Shown: positions 55,033 to 64,000 of the stretch, one piece after another | How positions within the stretch are numbered: the stretch's first letter is position 1 | Layout: each line of letters opens with the position of its first letter | Source: Candidatus Pacearchaeota archaeon | GTDB taxonomy: Archaea; Nanobdellota; Nanobdellia; Pacearchaeales; UBA284 | Direction: 5' to 3' | Assembly: GCA_038886195.1 (NCBI GenBank) | Contig: JAVZYK010000001.1 | Location: 240,168 to 304,167, forward strand | DNA length: 64,000 nt | Translations under genes and position numbers: made by a program | The notes under the pieces: generated by a model | Database searches by the model: none | The model's input: the letters and a program-made list of their open reading frames with translations, nothing else | What the model was told of the DNA's origin: nothing

Positions 55033-56457
55033 ATGGAAACTCAATTATTATTAGATTCTATAGATGGAGAAACTGAAAGAATAAGGGCTGAACAGCAAGA
55101 ACTATATGAAATAAAAGTTGAGTGGCTCGATTTATTTTCTAGATTATTAGGAAAAAGAGTTAAAAAAAATTTTAACAAATACAATCTTTATCAAAAATAT
55201 AAAATTTTTGAAGAAATAATTAAAAAAGAAATTAAAACAGAAGAAGATAAAAAAACATGTCTTCTAGCAATTCCTGCATATCATCTTGCATCAAGCCTTC
55301 TTAATCTTAAAGCTCGGTCTTTAGAACATCTCAACCCTTCATTATTCATATCTTATCAACCAGCTTCTTTAGAAGAAATCAACAATGATAAAAAAACTAT
55401 AGGAGAAGAAATAGAATTGAAAAAAAGTTTAGAAAGAGCTATAAAGTTAGTAGACAGTGAAAGAAAACTTATAGAAAAATACCAAAATAAAATAAAATCA
55501 AGAAAAAACTATGATCTTGGATTTTTCGGAAAAATTGTTTCTAAGATGGCAGTCGCTGCAGAAATTGCATTTTTTGCTTCTTTGTTTGGTAAAGAATGCT
55601 TAAATCTATATTTAACACACAAAGATATAGCACAAAAGCAACAAAGTTGTCAAGAGCTAATAAAACTAAGAAAAATAAAAAATTTAGTTAAAGGTATAGA
55701 AAATAAAGTTTTTGTAACTGAATCTAAAGAATTGGAACCAGGAATTTATAATCTTCTTTCTTTTGTGAAGTATAAGAAAAATGATATAATTAAAAAATAT
55801 TTGGAAGAAAATGAAATAGAAATAGTTGGTTCAACTAGACCTTTCTCTTATCCTCTAGATGGATTGCGATGGGGTGACGGATTTGGTGTTTATAGAAAAA
55901 ATATCGGTGGTGATCCGTGGCATACTGGAATAGACTGTAATAGCAATGCAAATAAAGTAAAAGCTCCTATCGATATGAAAATAGTAGAAACTTCATATGA
56001 AGAAAAAGGAGGATTTTTCGTAAAAGGAAAAATAGGAAAACTAAAGGCAGGAAATGGAATTCTTAAAGTTGTATTATTAAACGGACAAGAATTTGGAATA
56101 AAGATAGATTCTCTAAAATATTGTTCTAAAAAAGATGGTAAAAATAGATTCTATAAAACTCATATAGAATCTTTTGATGAAAGTTTTAATGAAAGCGATT
56201 TGTATATGGTTCTTTGTCACTTTAAAAGAAATTCTATAAAGGTTAAACCAGGAGACTACATTGAAAGAGGACAAGTTGTTGGAATTAAAGGCAAAAGTGG
56301 AAGAGCATCTTCAGAACATTTGCATATAGAACTAAGGATTAAAAAAAATAATAATGTTGTGAGAATAGATCCTTTTCCTTTCTTTGAGAATAATACTGTA
56401 GGAAACATTGATGAACTTTATGCTTTATCTGATTCTATTGAATTTATATTGAAATAA
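55033..56457 (+). CDS. M23-family (LytM-type) metallopeptidase with long coiled-coil/TM N-terminal region
   Basis: GDPWHTGIDCN (HxxxD) and GRASSEHLHIELRI (HxH) in the C-terminal about 170 aa. One internal hydrophobic helix (VSKMAVAAEIAFFASLFG). Confidence 0.75.
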   Translation: METQLLLDSIDGETERIRAEQQELYEIKVEWLDLFSRLLGKRVKKNFNKYNLYQKYKIFEEIIKKEIKTEEDKKTCLLAIPAYHLASSLLNLKARSLEHLNPSLFISYQPASLEEINNDKKTIGEEIELKKSLERAIKLVDSERKLIEKYQNKIKSRKNYDLGFFGKIVSKMAVAAEIAFFASLFGKECLNLYLTHKDIAQKQQSCQELIKLRKIKNLVKGIENKVFVTESKELEPGIYNLLSFVKYKKNDIIKKYLEENEIEIVGSTRPFSYPLDGLRWGDGFGVYRKNIGGDPWHTGIDCNSNANKVKAPIDMKIVETSYEEKGGFFVKGKIGKLKAGNGILKVVLLNGQEFGIKIDSLKYCSKKDGKNRFYKTHIESFDESFNESDLYMVLCHFKRNSIKVKPGDYIERGQVVGIKGKSGRASSEHLHIELRIKKNNNVVRIDPFPFFENNTVGNIDELYALSDSIEFILK

Positions 56458-56488
56458 ATTTTTAAATTGTAAATTCTTCATTAGCATT

Positions 56489-57163
56489 ATGAAAAAACAA
56501 GAAGAACCATTAACTAAACAAAAGAAACAAAAAGGAAAACATCTCAAGATTTTAGCAGTAGGTGATTTGCATGGTGACTCGAGGCAGGCAATTAAATTAG
56601 CAGAAAAAGCAAAGAAAGAAAAAGTTGATCTAGTAATTTTGAGCGGCGATTTGACTTTTGCAGAACAAAGCGTGGATTATCTTGTTGGTCCTTTTGCTAA
56701 AAGAAACTTAGATGTTTTAATTATTCCTGGAAATCATGAAACTGTCGCTACAGCTAATTTTCTTGAAAAACTTTACTCGCCACAAGTAAAGAATTTGCAT
56801 GGTAAAGGTTTAAAGTTTAAAGATATTGAACATAGTATTGGAATCTTCGGAGCCGGCGGTGCAAACATCGGGTTATTTCAACTTAGTGAATCGGAAATTT
56901 ACAATACTCTAAAAAAAGGTTTTGAAAAAATAAAAGATGCGGAAAAAAAGATAATGATAACTCATGTTCATCCTGCTGATTCTTTAATGGCCAAGCTTTC
57001 AAATCTAGTTCCAGGAAGCGAAGGTGTAAGAAAGGCAATAGAAAAATTCCAGCCCGATTTAGCAATCTGCAGCCATGTTCATGAAGCTGAAGGCATAGAA
57101 GAAAAAATCGGCAAGACAAAAGTAATAAATGTTGGAAGAAAAGGTAAGATAATTGTTATTTAA
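56489..57163 (+). CDS. calcineurin-like metallophosphoesterase
   Basis: ILAVGDLHGD, ILSGDLT, IPGNHE, ITHVHP, ICSHVHE. This is the standard metallophosphoesterase motif series. Confidence 0.82.
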   Translation: MKKQEEPLTKQKKQKGKHLKILAVGDLHGDSRQAIKLAEKAKKEKVDLVILSGDLTFAEQSVDYLVGPFAKRNLDVLIIPGNHETVATANFLEKLYSPQVKNLHGKGLKFKDIEHSIGIFGAGGANIGLFQLSESEIYNTLKKGFEKIKDAEKKIMITHVHPADSLMAKLSNLVPGSEGVRKAIEKFQPDLAICSHVHEAEGIEEKIGKTKVINVGRKGKIIVI

Positions 57164-57169
57164 CAATAT

Positions 57170-57540
57170 TTAAAATTGTTTAAACCCTGCTTTCTTTTCT
57201 CTTAACTCCATAATTTCTTGTGCTGTTTTTTCAATTAAATCTATATTTTCTTCAGGAATTGGCACAATTATAGCAATTTTAGATAATTTTACAGAAATGC
57301 TTTCATCTTCAATTCTTTTGAAATAAAGTTTGTCTCCACCAAGACTGCTAAAAGGAACATTAAAATAGTGGTAAGGAGAAATTCTAACTATGCTATTCTC
57401 AATTTTATGCTATTCTCAATTTCCTTTATTTTACCATAAATATGATATTGAAAATCGGTAACTATTTCTACCCATTGATTTTTTTCATTGCTTTTTCTAA
57501 ATCTTTTTCTAGCCCCATAAAAATTAATAAAAAACAACAT
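57170..57540 (-). pseudogene. about 117-codon gene disrupted by a 17-bp tandem duplication
   Basis: Minus-strand reading MLFFINFYGARKRFRKSNEKNQWVEIVTDFQYHIYGKIKEIENSI runs into a stop just after the duplication. Deleting one 17-nt copy restores the frame into VRISPYHYFNVPFSSLGGDKLYFKRIEDESISVKLSKIAIIVPIPEENIDLIEKTAQEIMELREKKAGFKQF-stop (354 nt in total). Confidence 0.6.
57389..57422. repeat. perfect 17-bp tandem duplication (tatgctattctcaattt x2)
   Basis: Positions 57389-57405 and 57406-57422 are identical. The flanking bases differ (c/t before, t/c after). Confidence 0.9.
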
Positions 57541-57561
57541 TTAAAAATCTTTCTTTTGTAA

Positions 57562-58926
57562 TCACTTCATAATTACATCTTTAACCATATAAGCGCCTTC
57601 TAATTTGTATCCTATTTTTCTGTAATACTCTCTAACGCCCACGCCAGAAATAACTTTTATTTTTTTACAGCCACATTCTTTAGCGATTTTTTCAGCCTCA
57701 TTCATTAGCCATCTGCCTATGCCCTTGTGCTGGGCGACTTCCCTAGCCTTTTTGCCTAATTCGACTGCAGGACCATAAACATGCAACTCACGCACAAGCA
57801 GCTCCTTGCTTTTGTTAGGAATTCTTAATCTTATTAAACCAAAAATAATATCGTCTTTGTTAACAACCTCTAAGAAAAACTCGCGGCCTTTGCTCGCGTT
57901 ATATTCTACGATATTTAATCTAAGATTTTTATCAATTTTTTCTCCTTTCAATAATGCAAACCCTATTTCGCGGCATCTGATACATTTACATTCTATTTTC
58001 TGTTTTTTCATTTCTTCTGCTACAACCTTTCGCAAGTCAATTCTTTTTGTTCCTGCAACAAGAAATTCTGGTGGAATTTCTCGCATAACTCGCATAATTC
58101 TACAATAACGAGGCACAATTTTTTTAAACTCAATAAGCAGTTTAATAAGTTCTTCATTTGTATAAGGATGATATTTGCCTTGCTCATACAATTTTTCAAG
58201 TTCTGCTCCTCTGATAACTTGACAAGGATAAATTTTTAATTGATCAGGTCTAAAATCTTGGCTTGAAAACAATTTTTTGAACATTTTAATGTCTTTTTTG
58301 AAATTAGAGCCTGGAAGGCCGGGCATAATGTGATAGCCTACCTTGAAACCAGTATCTTTCAATCTGCGAGTTGCATCAATTACGTCTTTAACAGTGTGGC
58401 CTCTTTTCACTAGCTTGTAAATTTTATCATCAATTGCTTGAACGCCTAACTCGACACGAGTACAGCCAAATTCAAGCATTCTTTTTATGTCGCTTTCGGA
58501 ACAAACATCCGGCCTTGTTTCAATACATAAAGCTACACAACGATGCTTCGCTTTCTCGTTAATTTTCTTTGCTTCTTCAAGTGTTTTAGCTTTCTTGCCA
58601 TTAAGAGCATCATAACATGCTTTAATAAAATTATATTGATAATCTAAAGGATATTCGAGAAAAGTGCCGCCCATAATAATCAGTTCAATCTTGTCAGTCG
58701 GGTGTTTCATTGCTTTGAATGCCTGTAATCTTGCCTTAATTTGTTTATACGGGTCATAATTCAAAGCTTTTGCTCTCATTATTGCGGGGCTTTTTGGCGT
58801 GTATGATTGAGGCACATTAAGCGATGGACAATATAAACAAGTTCCATGCTTGCATTTCATTGGCTTAATAACTACAGCAATAGGAGTAACTCCCGAGATA
58901 GTTTTTGTTGGTTTGCGTTTTTTCAT
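57562..58926 (-). CDS. elp3: Elp3-type radical SAM / GNAT tRNA-modification enzyme
   Basis: 454 aa. A radical-SAM Cys cluster near the N-terminus (MKCKHGTCLYCP), a TIM-barrel core, and a C-terminal GNAT with QHKGIGRWLMNEAEKIA. Confidence 0.85.
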   Translation of the reverse strand: MKKRKPTKTISGVTPIAVVIKPMKCKHGTCLYCPSLNVPQSYTPKSPAIMRAKALNYDPYKQIKARLQAFKAMKHPTDKIELIIMGGTFLEYPLDYQYNFIKACYDALNGKKAKTLEEAKKINEKAKHRCVALCIETRPDVCSESDIKRMLEFGCTRVELGVQAIDDKIYKLVKRGHTVKDVIDATRRLKDTGFKVGYHIMPGLPGSNFKKDIKMFKKLFSSQDFRPDQLKIYPCQVIRGAELEKLYEQGKYHPYTNEELIKLLIEFKKIVPRYCRIMRVMREIPPEFLVAGTKRIDLRKVVAEEMKKQKIECKCIRCREIGFALLKGEKIDKNLRLNIVEYNASKGREFFLEVVNKDDIIFGLIRLRIPNKSKELLVRELHVYGPAVELGKKAREVAQHKGIGRWLMNEAEKIAKECGCKKIKVISGVGVREYYRKIGYKLEGAYMVKDVIMK

Positions 58927-58981
58927 TTTTTGCCTTATAAATAAACAACAACTTTTAAATCTTAAAAAACTTCTTAATGTA

Positions 58982-59608
58982 ATGGCAAGAGAAATTAGTC
59001 AAGAAAAAGTGTGGGATGCAATTGCAGAGCAATGGTATCATTTTAGGCATCAGCAGTTTAAAGACGTGGCAAAAGAAATAGAAAAGCTCGCAAAATTAAA
59101 AAAAGGCAAAATTCTTGAAATAGGCTGTGGAAATTGCAGAAACTTGAAAACTTTTGCCTTGAGAGGCTTTGATTGTTACGGCATTGATTTTTCTAAAGAA
59201 ATACTAAAATATGCTAAAGAATACTGCAAGAAATATGGATTTAAAGTTAAATTAAAAAAGGCAAGAGCCGAAAAATTGCCTTTTAAGAGGAACTTGTTTG
59301 ATTATATTTTATTTATTGCTACATTACATCATTTAAAACCTCAAGCTCAAGAAAAAGCAGTTAAGGAAATGTATCGTGTTCTAAAGCCTAAAGGCATTGC
59401 TCTTGTTGCTGTGTGGAACAAAAAAGTCTCTAAAGCTCAAGAGAAATATATTTCTTGGAGAGTTAAAGGCAAGAACTATTGGCGATATTATTATCTTTTC
59501 ACAATGCCAGAGCTTAAGAAATTGTTTGAGAAGCAAGGATTTAAGATATTAAGACAAAGGATAGGTAAGAATCTTATTATAGTTGTAAAAAGTTTAAAAC
59601 AAAAGTAG
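58982..59608 (+). CDS. class I SAM-dependent methyltransferase
   Basis: ATG at 58982 (the ORF-track start 58850 overlaps elp3). Motif I ILEIGCGNCRN, then DFS, then LKPKGIALVAVWN. Confidence 0.8.
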   Translation: MAREISQEKVWDAIAEQWYHFRHQQFKDVAKEIEKLAKLKKGKILEIGCGNCRNLKTFALRGFDCYGIDFSKEILKYAKEYCKKYGFKVKLKKARAEKLPFKRNLFDYILFIATLHHLKPQAQEKAVKEMYRVLKPKGIALVAVWNKKVSKAQEKYISWRVKGKNYWRYYYLFTMPELKKLFEKQGFKILRQRIGKNLIIVVKSLKQK

Positions 59609-59677
59609 AGGATTTTGATACTACTAATAAATAGTTACTATAGCAAGATTTAAAAATCTCTTTTTCTTTAAATTATA

Positions 59678-60352
59678 ATGGAAAACTCAGAAAAGACATA
59701 TAGTTTATTCGATAGAAATTTAAGAGAATTAATAAAAAATCTCAATTTTATAGAAGATTACATATATATTGGCGGTTTAGCTATTCAATCTTATATTCTG
59801 GCAATCAAAGCTGGAAATATAAAAAAGATTGATTTAAGCCATTTTGATAGTTTGGCTGACAATAACGAAATAAATTTATTATTTCCTAGAAAAGTTTCAG
59901 ACATAGATATCTTAACTATCGAATATCAAAGAGACAATATAAAGGAGCATTTAAAGAAAAAGGGTATAAGATTCATAGAAGGAGATGTTCTTTGGAACGA
60001 TTATTTAATTTATGTTTATTTAAATAATGAAGAATATAAGATACATCCGCTTACTATTCCTAAAAACAATTTATATAATTTTTATAGTTCCTGTGTAAGG
60101 AATGCTGATGAACTTATTCTATTTAACAAAGAAGATAAATTAAGAATTAAACTGCCTAAACTTGAAGATTTGGTATTGATGAAAGAAATTGCTGGCAGAG
60201 AAAGAGATCTCAAAGATATATCTTTAATAGAATATGTATTAAAGGCAAACAATCAAGAAAAGAATTTAGACATAAACTATCTTAAAGGAAGATTAAATTT
60301 AATTAATATAGAGCCAAAGAGCGCGTTTATAAAAAATTTATTAATTGATTAA
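59678..60352 (+). CDS. putative nucleotidyltransferase-fold protein
   Basis: IGGLAIQSY...PRKVSDIDILT resembles a G[GS]...DxD NTase core. The C-terminal LVLMKEIAGRERDLKDISLI resembles the K..AGR.KD..D helix seen in AbiEii/DUF6036-like NTases. Weak. Confidence 0.4.
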   Translation: MENSEKTYSLFDRNLRELIKNLNFIEDYIYIGGLAIQSYILAIKAGNIKKIDLSHFDSLADNNEINLLFPRKVSDIDILTIEYQRDNIKEHLKKKGIRFIEGDVLWNDYLIYVYLNNEEYKIHPLTIPKNNLYNFYSSCVRNADELILFNKEDKLRIKLPKLEDLVLMKEIAGRERDLKDISLIEYVLKANNQEKNLDINYLKGRLNLINIEPKSAFIKNLLID

Positions 60353-60383
60353 AATTTTTAAATAGTGTCTTCTTTAATAATTT

Positions 60384-62147
60384 ATGAATTCCGAAGAGTT
60401 AAAAAGAAAGTATATTGAATTTTTCAAAAGCAAAGGGCATAGAGAGATTCCTAATGCTTCACTTATTCCAGAAAATGATCCAACCGTACTTTTCACAACA
60501 GCTGGCATGCACCCGCTAGTGCCTTTCTTGCTGGGACAGAAACACCCCCAAGGCAAAAGATTAGTGAATTGCCAGAGATGTTTAAGGACTACCGATATAG
60601 ATAAAGTCGGAAATGAAATGCATCTTTCTTTTTTTGAAATGCTGGGCAATTGGAGTCTTGGCGATTATTGGAAAAAAGAAGCAATAGAATGGAGTTATGA
60701 ATTCTTGACAAAAGTTTTGAAAATCAATCCTGATAAATTGTATGTGACTTGTTTTGCAGGAGATAAAGATGCTCCTCGTGATGAGGAAGCTGCAAAAATA
60801 TGGCAAGAAGTTGGAATTCCAAAAGAAAGAATTTATTTTTTGCCTAAAGAAGATAATTGGTGGGGACCTGCTGGAGAAACTGGGCCGTGCGGCCCTTGCA
60901 CTGAGATGTTTATAGATACTGGAAAAGAGCCGTGTAGCAAAGAATGCAGGCCAGGTTGTAGTTGTGGCAAGTATTTTGAAGTTTGGAATGATGTCTTTAT
61001 GGAATATAACAAAACAAAAGAAGGCAAGTTTGAGCCATTGAAACAAAAAAATGTCGACACAGGAATGGGTGTTGAAAGAACTGTAGCAATGCTCCAAGGC
61101 AAGAAAAGTGTCTATGACATTGAGACAATGGCTCCAATTTTAGAGAAAATTAAAGAAATAGCAAAGATAAAAGAGTCTAATGAACAACAATTTAGGTCAT
61201 TAAGAATAATTACTGATCACCTTCGTGCTTCTGTATTTATTTTAGGAGATGAAAAGGCAATTGTCCCAAGCAATAAAGACCAAGGATATATTTTAAGAAG
61301 ATTTATAAGACGAGCTATAAGACATGGTAAGTTGCTAGGAATAAATCAAAACTTTACAGAAGAAATTGCTAAAGTTATTATTGATATTAACGGAAAAAGC
61401 TATCCTTTGCTTAAACAAAAACAATCTTTTATTCTTGAAGAATTAAAAAAAGAAGAAGACAAATTTAGAAAAACTCTCGAAAAAGGTTTAAATCAGTTTA
61501 AAAAATTTTCACAGAACAAGAAGCTTAGCGGTAAAGATGCTTTCTTGTTGTTCCAGAGCTATGGCTTTCCTATTGAGATGACTAAAGAATTGTGCGAAGA
61601 ACAACAAATTGCTTTGGATGAAAAAGGTTTTTATGAAGAATTCAAGAAACATCAAGAAATTTCAAGAGTTGGAGCAGAAAAGAAATTCAAGGCAGGTTTA
61701 GCTGATACAACGAAAGAAACAACCAAACTGCATAGTGCTTGCCATTTATTGCTTTATGCTTTAAGAAAAGTTTTAAATCCAAACATAATGCAAAAGGGTT
61801 CCAATATTACAGCTGAACGTATTAGATTTGATTTTAATTTTGATAGAAAATTGACGGATGAAGAAATAAAACAAGTTGAAGATATCGTTAATGACATAAT
61901 AAAACAAGGGATTAAAGTTGAACGTAAAGAAATGAATGTCAAAGAAGCAAAAAAAATAGCGAAAAGTGAATTTGAATATAAAACAGATATTGTTTCTGTT
62001 TACTTTATAGGCCCATCGATAGAAATTTGTGCTGGACCTCATGTCAGCAATACTGCAGAAATTGGCGAAGGTGGTAAAAAATTTAAAATTGTTGAACAAG
62101 AAAGTGTTGCTGGTGGAGTAAGAAGGGTTAAAGCAAAATTGATTTAA
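60384..62147 (+). CDS. alaS: alanyl-tRNA synthetase, short bacterial-type form lacking the C-terminal (C-Ala) domain
   Basis: FFKSKGHREIPNASLIPENDPTVLFTTAGM, RCLRTTDIDKVG, FFEMLGNWSLGDYWK, GPCGPCTEMF, and editing-domain HSACHLL and CAGPHV. The ORF ends at GGVRRVKAKLI after 587 aa. Confidence 0.85.
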   Translation: MNSEELKRKYIEFFKSKGHREIPNASLIPENDPTVLFTTAGMHPLVPFLLGQKHPQGKRLVNCQRCLRTTDIDKVGNEMHLSFFEMLGNWSLGDYWKKEAIEWSYEFLTKVLKINPDKLYVTCFAGDKDAPRDEEAAKIWQEVGIPKERIYFLPKEDNWWGPAGETGPCGPCTEMFIDTGKEPCSKECRPGCSCGKYFEVWNDVFMEYNKTKEGKFEPLKQKNVDTGMGVERTVAMLQGKKSVYDIETMAPILEKIKEIAKIKESNEQQFRSLRIITDHLRASVFILGDEKAIVPSNKDQGYILRRFIRRAIRHGKLLGINQNFTEEIAKVIIDINGKSYPLLKQKQSFILEELKKEEDKFRKTLEKGLNQFKKFSQNKKLSGKDAFLLFQSYGFPIEMTKELCEEQQIALDEKGFYEEFKKHQEISRVGAEKKFKAGLADTTKETTKLHSACHLLLYALRKVLNPNIMQKGSNITAERIRFDFNFDRKLTDEEIKQVEDIVNDIIKQGIKVERKEMNVKEAKKIAKSEFEYKTDIVSVYFIGPSIEICAGPHVSNTAEIGEGGKKFKIVEQESVAGGVRRVKAKLI

Positions 62148-62150
62148 TAT

Positions 62151-62426
62151 TTAGTTCAAAGGAGTCGGGGTTATTCCTTTAGAGCGCCAAATTTTCTTAT
62201 ATGAATCAATTTTCATTGGTTCTACAAACACAGAATCTTCTTCAAGCAAAAATTTTTCTTTTTGAAACCATAAAAATTTTTTGTATTCTTTAATTTCTAT
62301 TCTTTGTTTAGTAACGAATCCGCCTCTACAATCATAATAAACATTCATCTTGGCATATTTTGTACAGCCAGTGTAAAGTATTGTTGCTAAACTTCCAGCT
62401 AAAATTATTTTATCAACTAAACTCAT
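62151..62426 (-). CDS. small hypothetical protein, possible lipoprotein
   Basis: 91 aa. N-terminal hydrophobic stretch ending LYTG-C (lipobox-like). Confidence 0.4.
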   Translation of the reverse strand: MSLVDKIILAGSLATILYTGCTKYAKMNVYYDCRGGFVTKQRIEIKEYKKFLWFQKEKFLLEEDSVFVEPMKIDSYKKIWRSKGITPTPLN

Positions 62427-62692
62427 TTTATTTTCTCTATAGAATTTAAAATTTCATCAGATCTATTTAAAATTGCTTGTAAAATTTCTTTATCTTTTGC
62501 TTGAGGATTTTTTTCTTTGTATTTAATGGCTTCGGTAGCTGCTGCGATTGCTGCTATTTTTGCATTTCCTTTAAAATTAATTTCTTTCATTACATGTCGC
62601 AATATTTCTTCTATTTCTGCATTTGAGTTAATTCTTTTATAATCTAGGGCTTTATTTATAGCAATAATCATCGACAATTTTTCATTTCCCAT
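62423..62692 (-). CDS. hypothetical helical protein (89 aa)
   Basis: Its stop overlaps the start of the downstream ORF by 4 nt (ATGA-type coupling). No motif recognised. Confidence 0.4.
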   Translation of the reverse strand: MGNEKLSMIIAINKALDYKRINSNAEIEEILRHVMKEINFKGNAKIAAIAAATEAIKYKEKNPQAKDKEILQAILNRSDEILNSIEKIK

Positions 62693-62764
62693 TTTTTTCT
62701 ATCTTTTTCTAATTTTAAAGCCAATATTTAAAGATTATTGTAAAAAAATAGATTATTATTTCAA

Positions 62765-64000
62765 TTATTCTATATATAATGCGGGTTTGCCTGGCTTTGC
62801 CTTGTTTGCCTTGTTTTGAGGATCGTAAGTTGCTTTGTTATTTGCCATTATAGAAACTTTACATGAAAAAATTTGTTCGAGTTCTTTTGCATCATAAATT
62901 TCTGTCTCTTTTGGAATTGTATAGATGTAAATTGCTTTAGGTTTCTTATTTATAATTTTAAGAACATGATTGATGTCTTGCTTTAGTTGTTCCATCAATT
63001 TTTCTTGTTGCTCAAATTCTGGCCGGATTTTTCTTTCATCGGCTTTGGGCCATGATTCTGTAGAGATGAAAGTTTTGTGACCAAGGTTATGCCAAAGTTC
63101 TTCTGAAATATGAGGGCAAAATAATGAAAACATTTTCAAGAAACATTCAAGAGTTTCTTTACTTTCTTCTTCGCCAAATGATTCAAACAAATCTCGAAGT
63201 TTTATTATAGCAAGATTATAACAAAGATTTTCAATATCATTTGTAAATTCTTTGATTGTTTTGTGAAGTTTACTTTCTATTTTTGCGCTGCTTTTTCCTA
63301 TTTTAACTTTATTAAAATAATTTAAAACCTTTAAGATAAATCTGTAGCTGCCTTCTATTGCTTCGTCGCTCCAAGTTGTATCTTTATCTGGAGATGCTTG
63401 CGAAACGAGGTAAAATCTAAGAGTATCGGCACCGTATTTTTTTATCATGTCAAGAGGATTAACAACGTTGCCTCTTGATTTTGACATAACGAAACCATCT
63501 GATCCATGCAACATGCCTTGGTTAAAAAGTCTTGGAAATGGTTCATCTATATTAACAAAATTCATATCACGCAAAGCTTTAATAAAGAATCTTGCATAGA
63601 TGAGATGCATACATGCATGTTCTGCACCGCCAATATAAATGTCTGGAGGCATCCAATAATTTATTTTCTCTTTACTAAAAGGCTCTTTGTTGTTTCTAGG
63701 GTCGCAATATCTTAAGAAATACCAGCTAGAATCAAAAAAAGTGTCCATTGTGTCAGTTTCGCGCTTCGCCTTGCCCTTGCACTCAGGACATTTTGTTTCA
63801 ACAAATTGTTTGTTTGTAGATAAAGGATTGCCTTCACCGAACTTTACTTTTTCAGGCAACAATACCGGCAATTCTTTTTCTGGCACTGGAACAATTCCAC
63901 ATTTATCGCAATAAACCATTGGAATTGGCGTTCCCCAATATCTTTGTCTTGAAATAAGCCAGTCTCTAAGTTTATAATTGATTGTTCTCTTGCCAAGTTT
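62765..64000 (-). CDS. leuS: leucyl-tRNA synthetase, C-terminal part (5' end outside window)
   Basis: The frame stays open upstream of the listed Met to the window edge (…KLRDWLISRQRYWGTPIPMVYCDKCG…). KMSKS-type VMSKSRGN and a C-terminal anticodon-binding region follow. Confidence 0.9.
   Translation of the reverse strand, partial: KLGKRTINYKLRDWLISRQRYWGTPIPMVYCDKCGIVPVPEKELPVLLPEKVKFGEGNPLSTNKQFVETKCPECKGKAKRETDTMDTFFDSSWYFLRYCDPRNNKEPFSKEKINYWMPPDIYIGGAEHACMHLIYARFFIKALRDMNFVNIDEPFPRLFNQGMLHGSDGFVMSKSRGNVVNPLDMIKKYGADTLRFYLVSQASPDKDTTWSDEAIEGSYRFILKVLNYFNKVKIGKSSAKIESKLHKTIKEFTNDIENLCYNLAIIKLRDLFESFGEEESKETLECFLKMFSLFCPHISEELWHNLGHKTFISTESWPKADERKIRPEFEQQEKLMEQLKQDINHVLKIINKKPKAIYIYTIPKETEIYDAKELEQIFSCKVSIMANNKATYDPQNKANKAKPGKPALYIE

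Noticed and set aside
58850-58981. Upstream extension of the methyltransferase ORF
   Set aside because: It overlaps the 5' end of elp3 on the other strand and is hydrophobic junk. The ATG at 58982 (MAREISQEKVWD...) leaves a normal intergenic promoter region.

Overview
The window is AT-rich and densely coded on both strands, and it reads as an archaeal chromosome segment. My inference is a small-genome, DPANN-like lineage. No integrase, transposase or CRISPR array is visible.

**Why archaeal:**
- Information-processing genes: RadB, FEN1, family-B DNA polymerase, RNase HII, Elp3, RtcA, uS2, and a ThrRS carrying the archaeal N-terminal editing domain.
- An archaeal-type SRP RNA.
- Class III (type IV pilin-like) signal peptides.
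- Three of the five tRNA genes are interrupted.
- TATA-like boxes about 25 nt upstream of start codons.

**Other housekeeping genes:** type IA topoisomerase, GluRS, SerRS, a short bacterial-type AlaRS, and LeuRS (partial). There is also a tight gyrB / MTH938-like / gyrA / ferredoxin / PP-loop ATPase operon.

**Bacterial-flavoured envelope genes scattered among these:**
- LspA.
- NlpC/P60 and a second NlpC/P60-like C-terminal domain.
- An M23 peptidase.
- A weak SLT-like protein.

**Accessory part most worth a second look (about 41-53 kb):**
- A cysteine-repeat surface protein.
- A five-gene operon of secreted or anchored proteins. A 676-aa protein and a 184-aa protein share a C-terminal module, and the operon ends in a MinD/ParA ATPase.
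- A gene encoding only the N-terminal domain of a secretion or pilus ATPase.
- Five consecutive archaeal pilin-like genes with no assembly machinery in view.

**Further oddities:**
- A receptor-like protein with a degenerate class III cyclase-like domain.
- A CCW-motif cysteine-rich protein next to a secreted thioredoxin-like protein.
- A pseudogene created by a perfect 17-bp tandem duplication.
- Unusual tRNA intron architectures.

All family assignments are motif recognition by eye. No searches were run.
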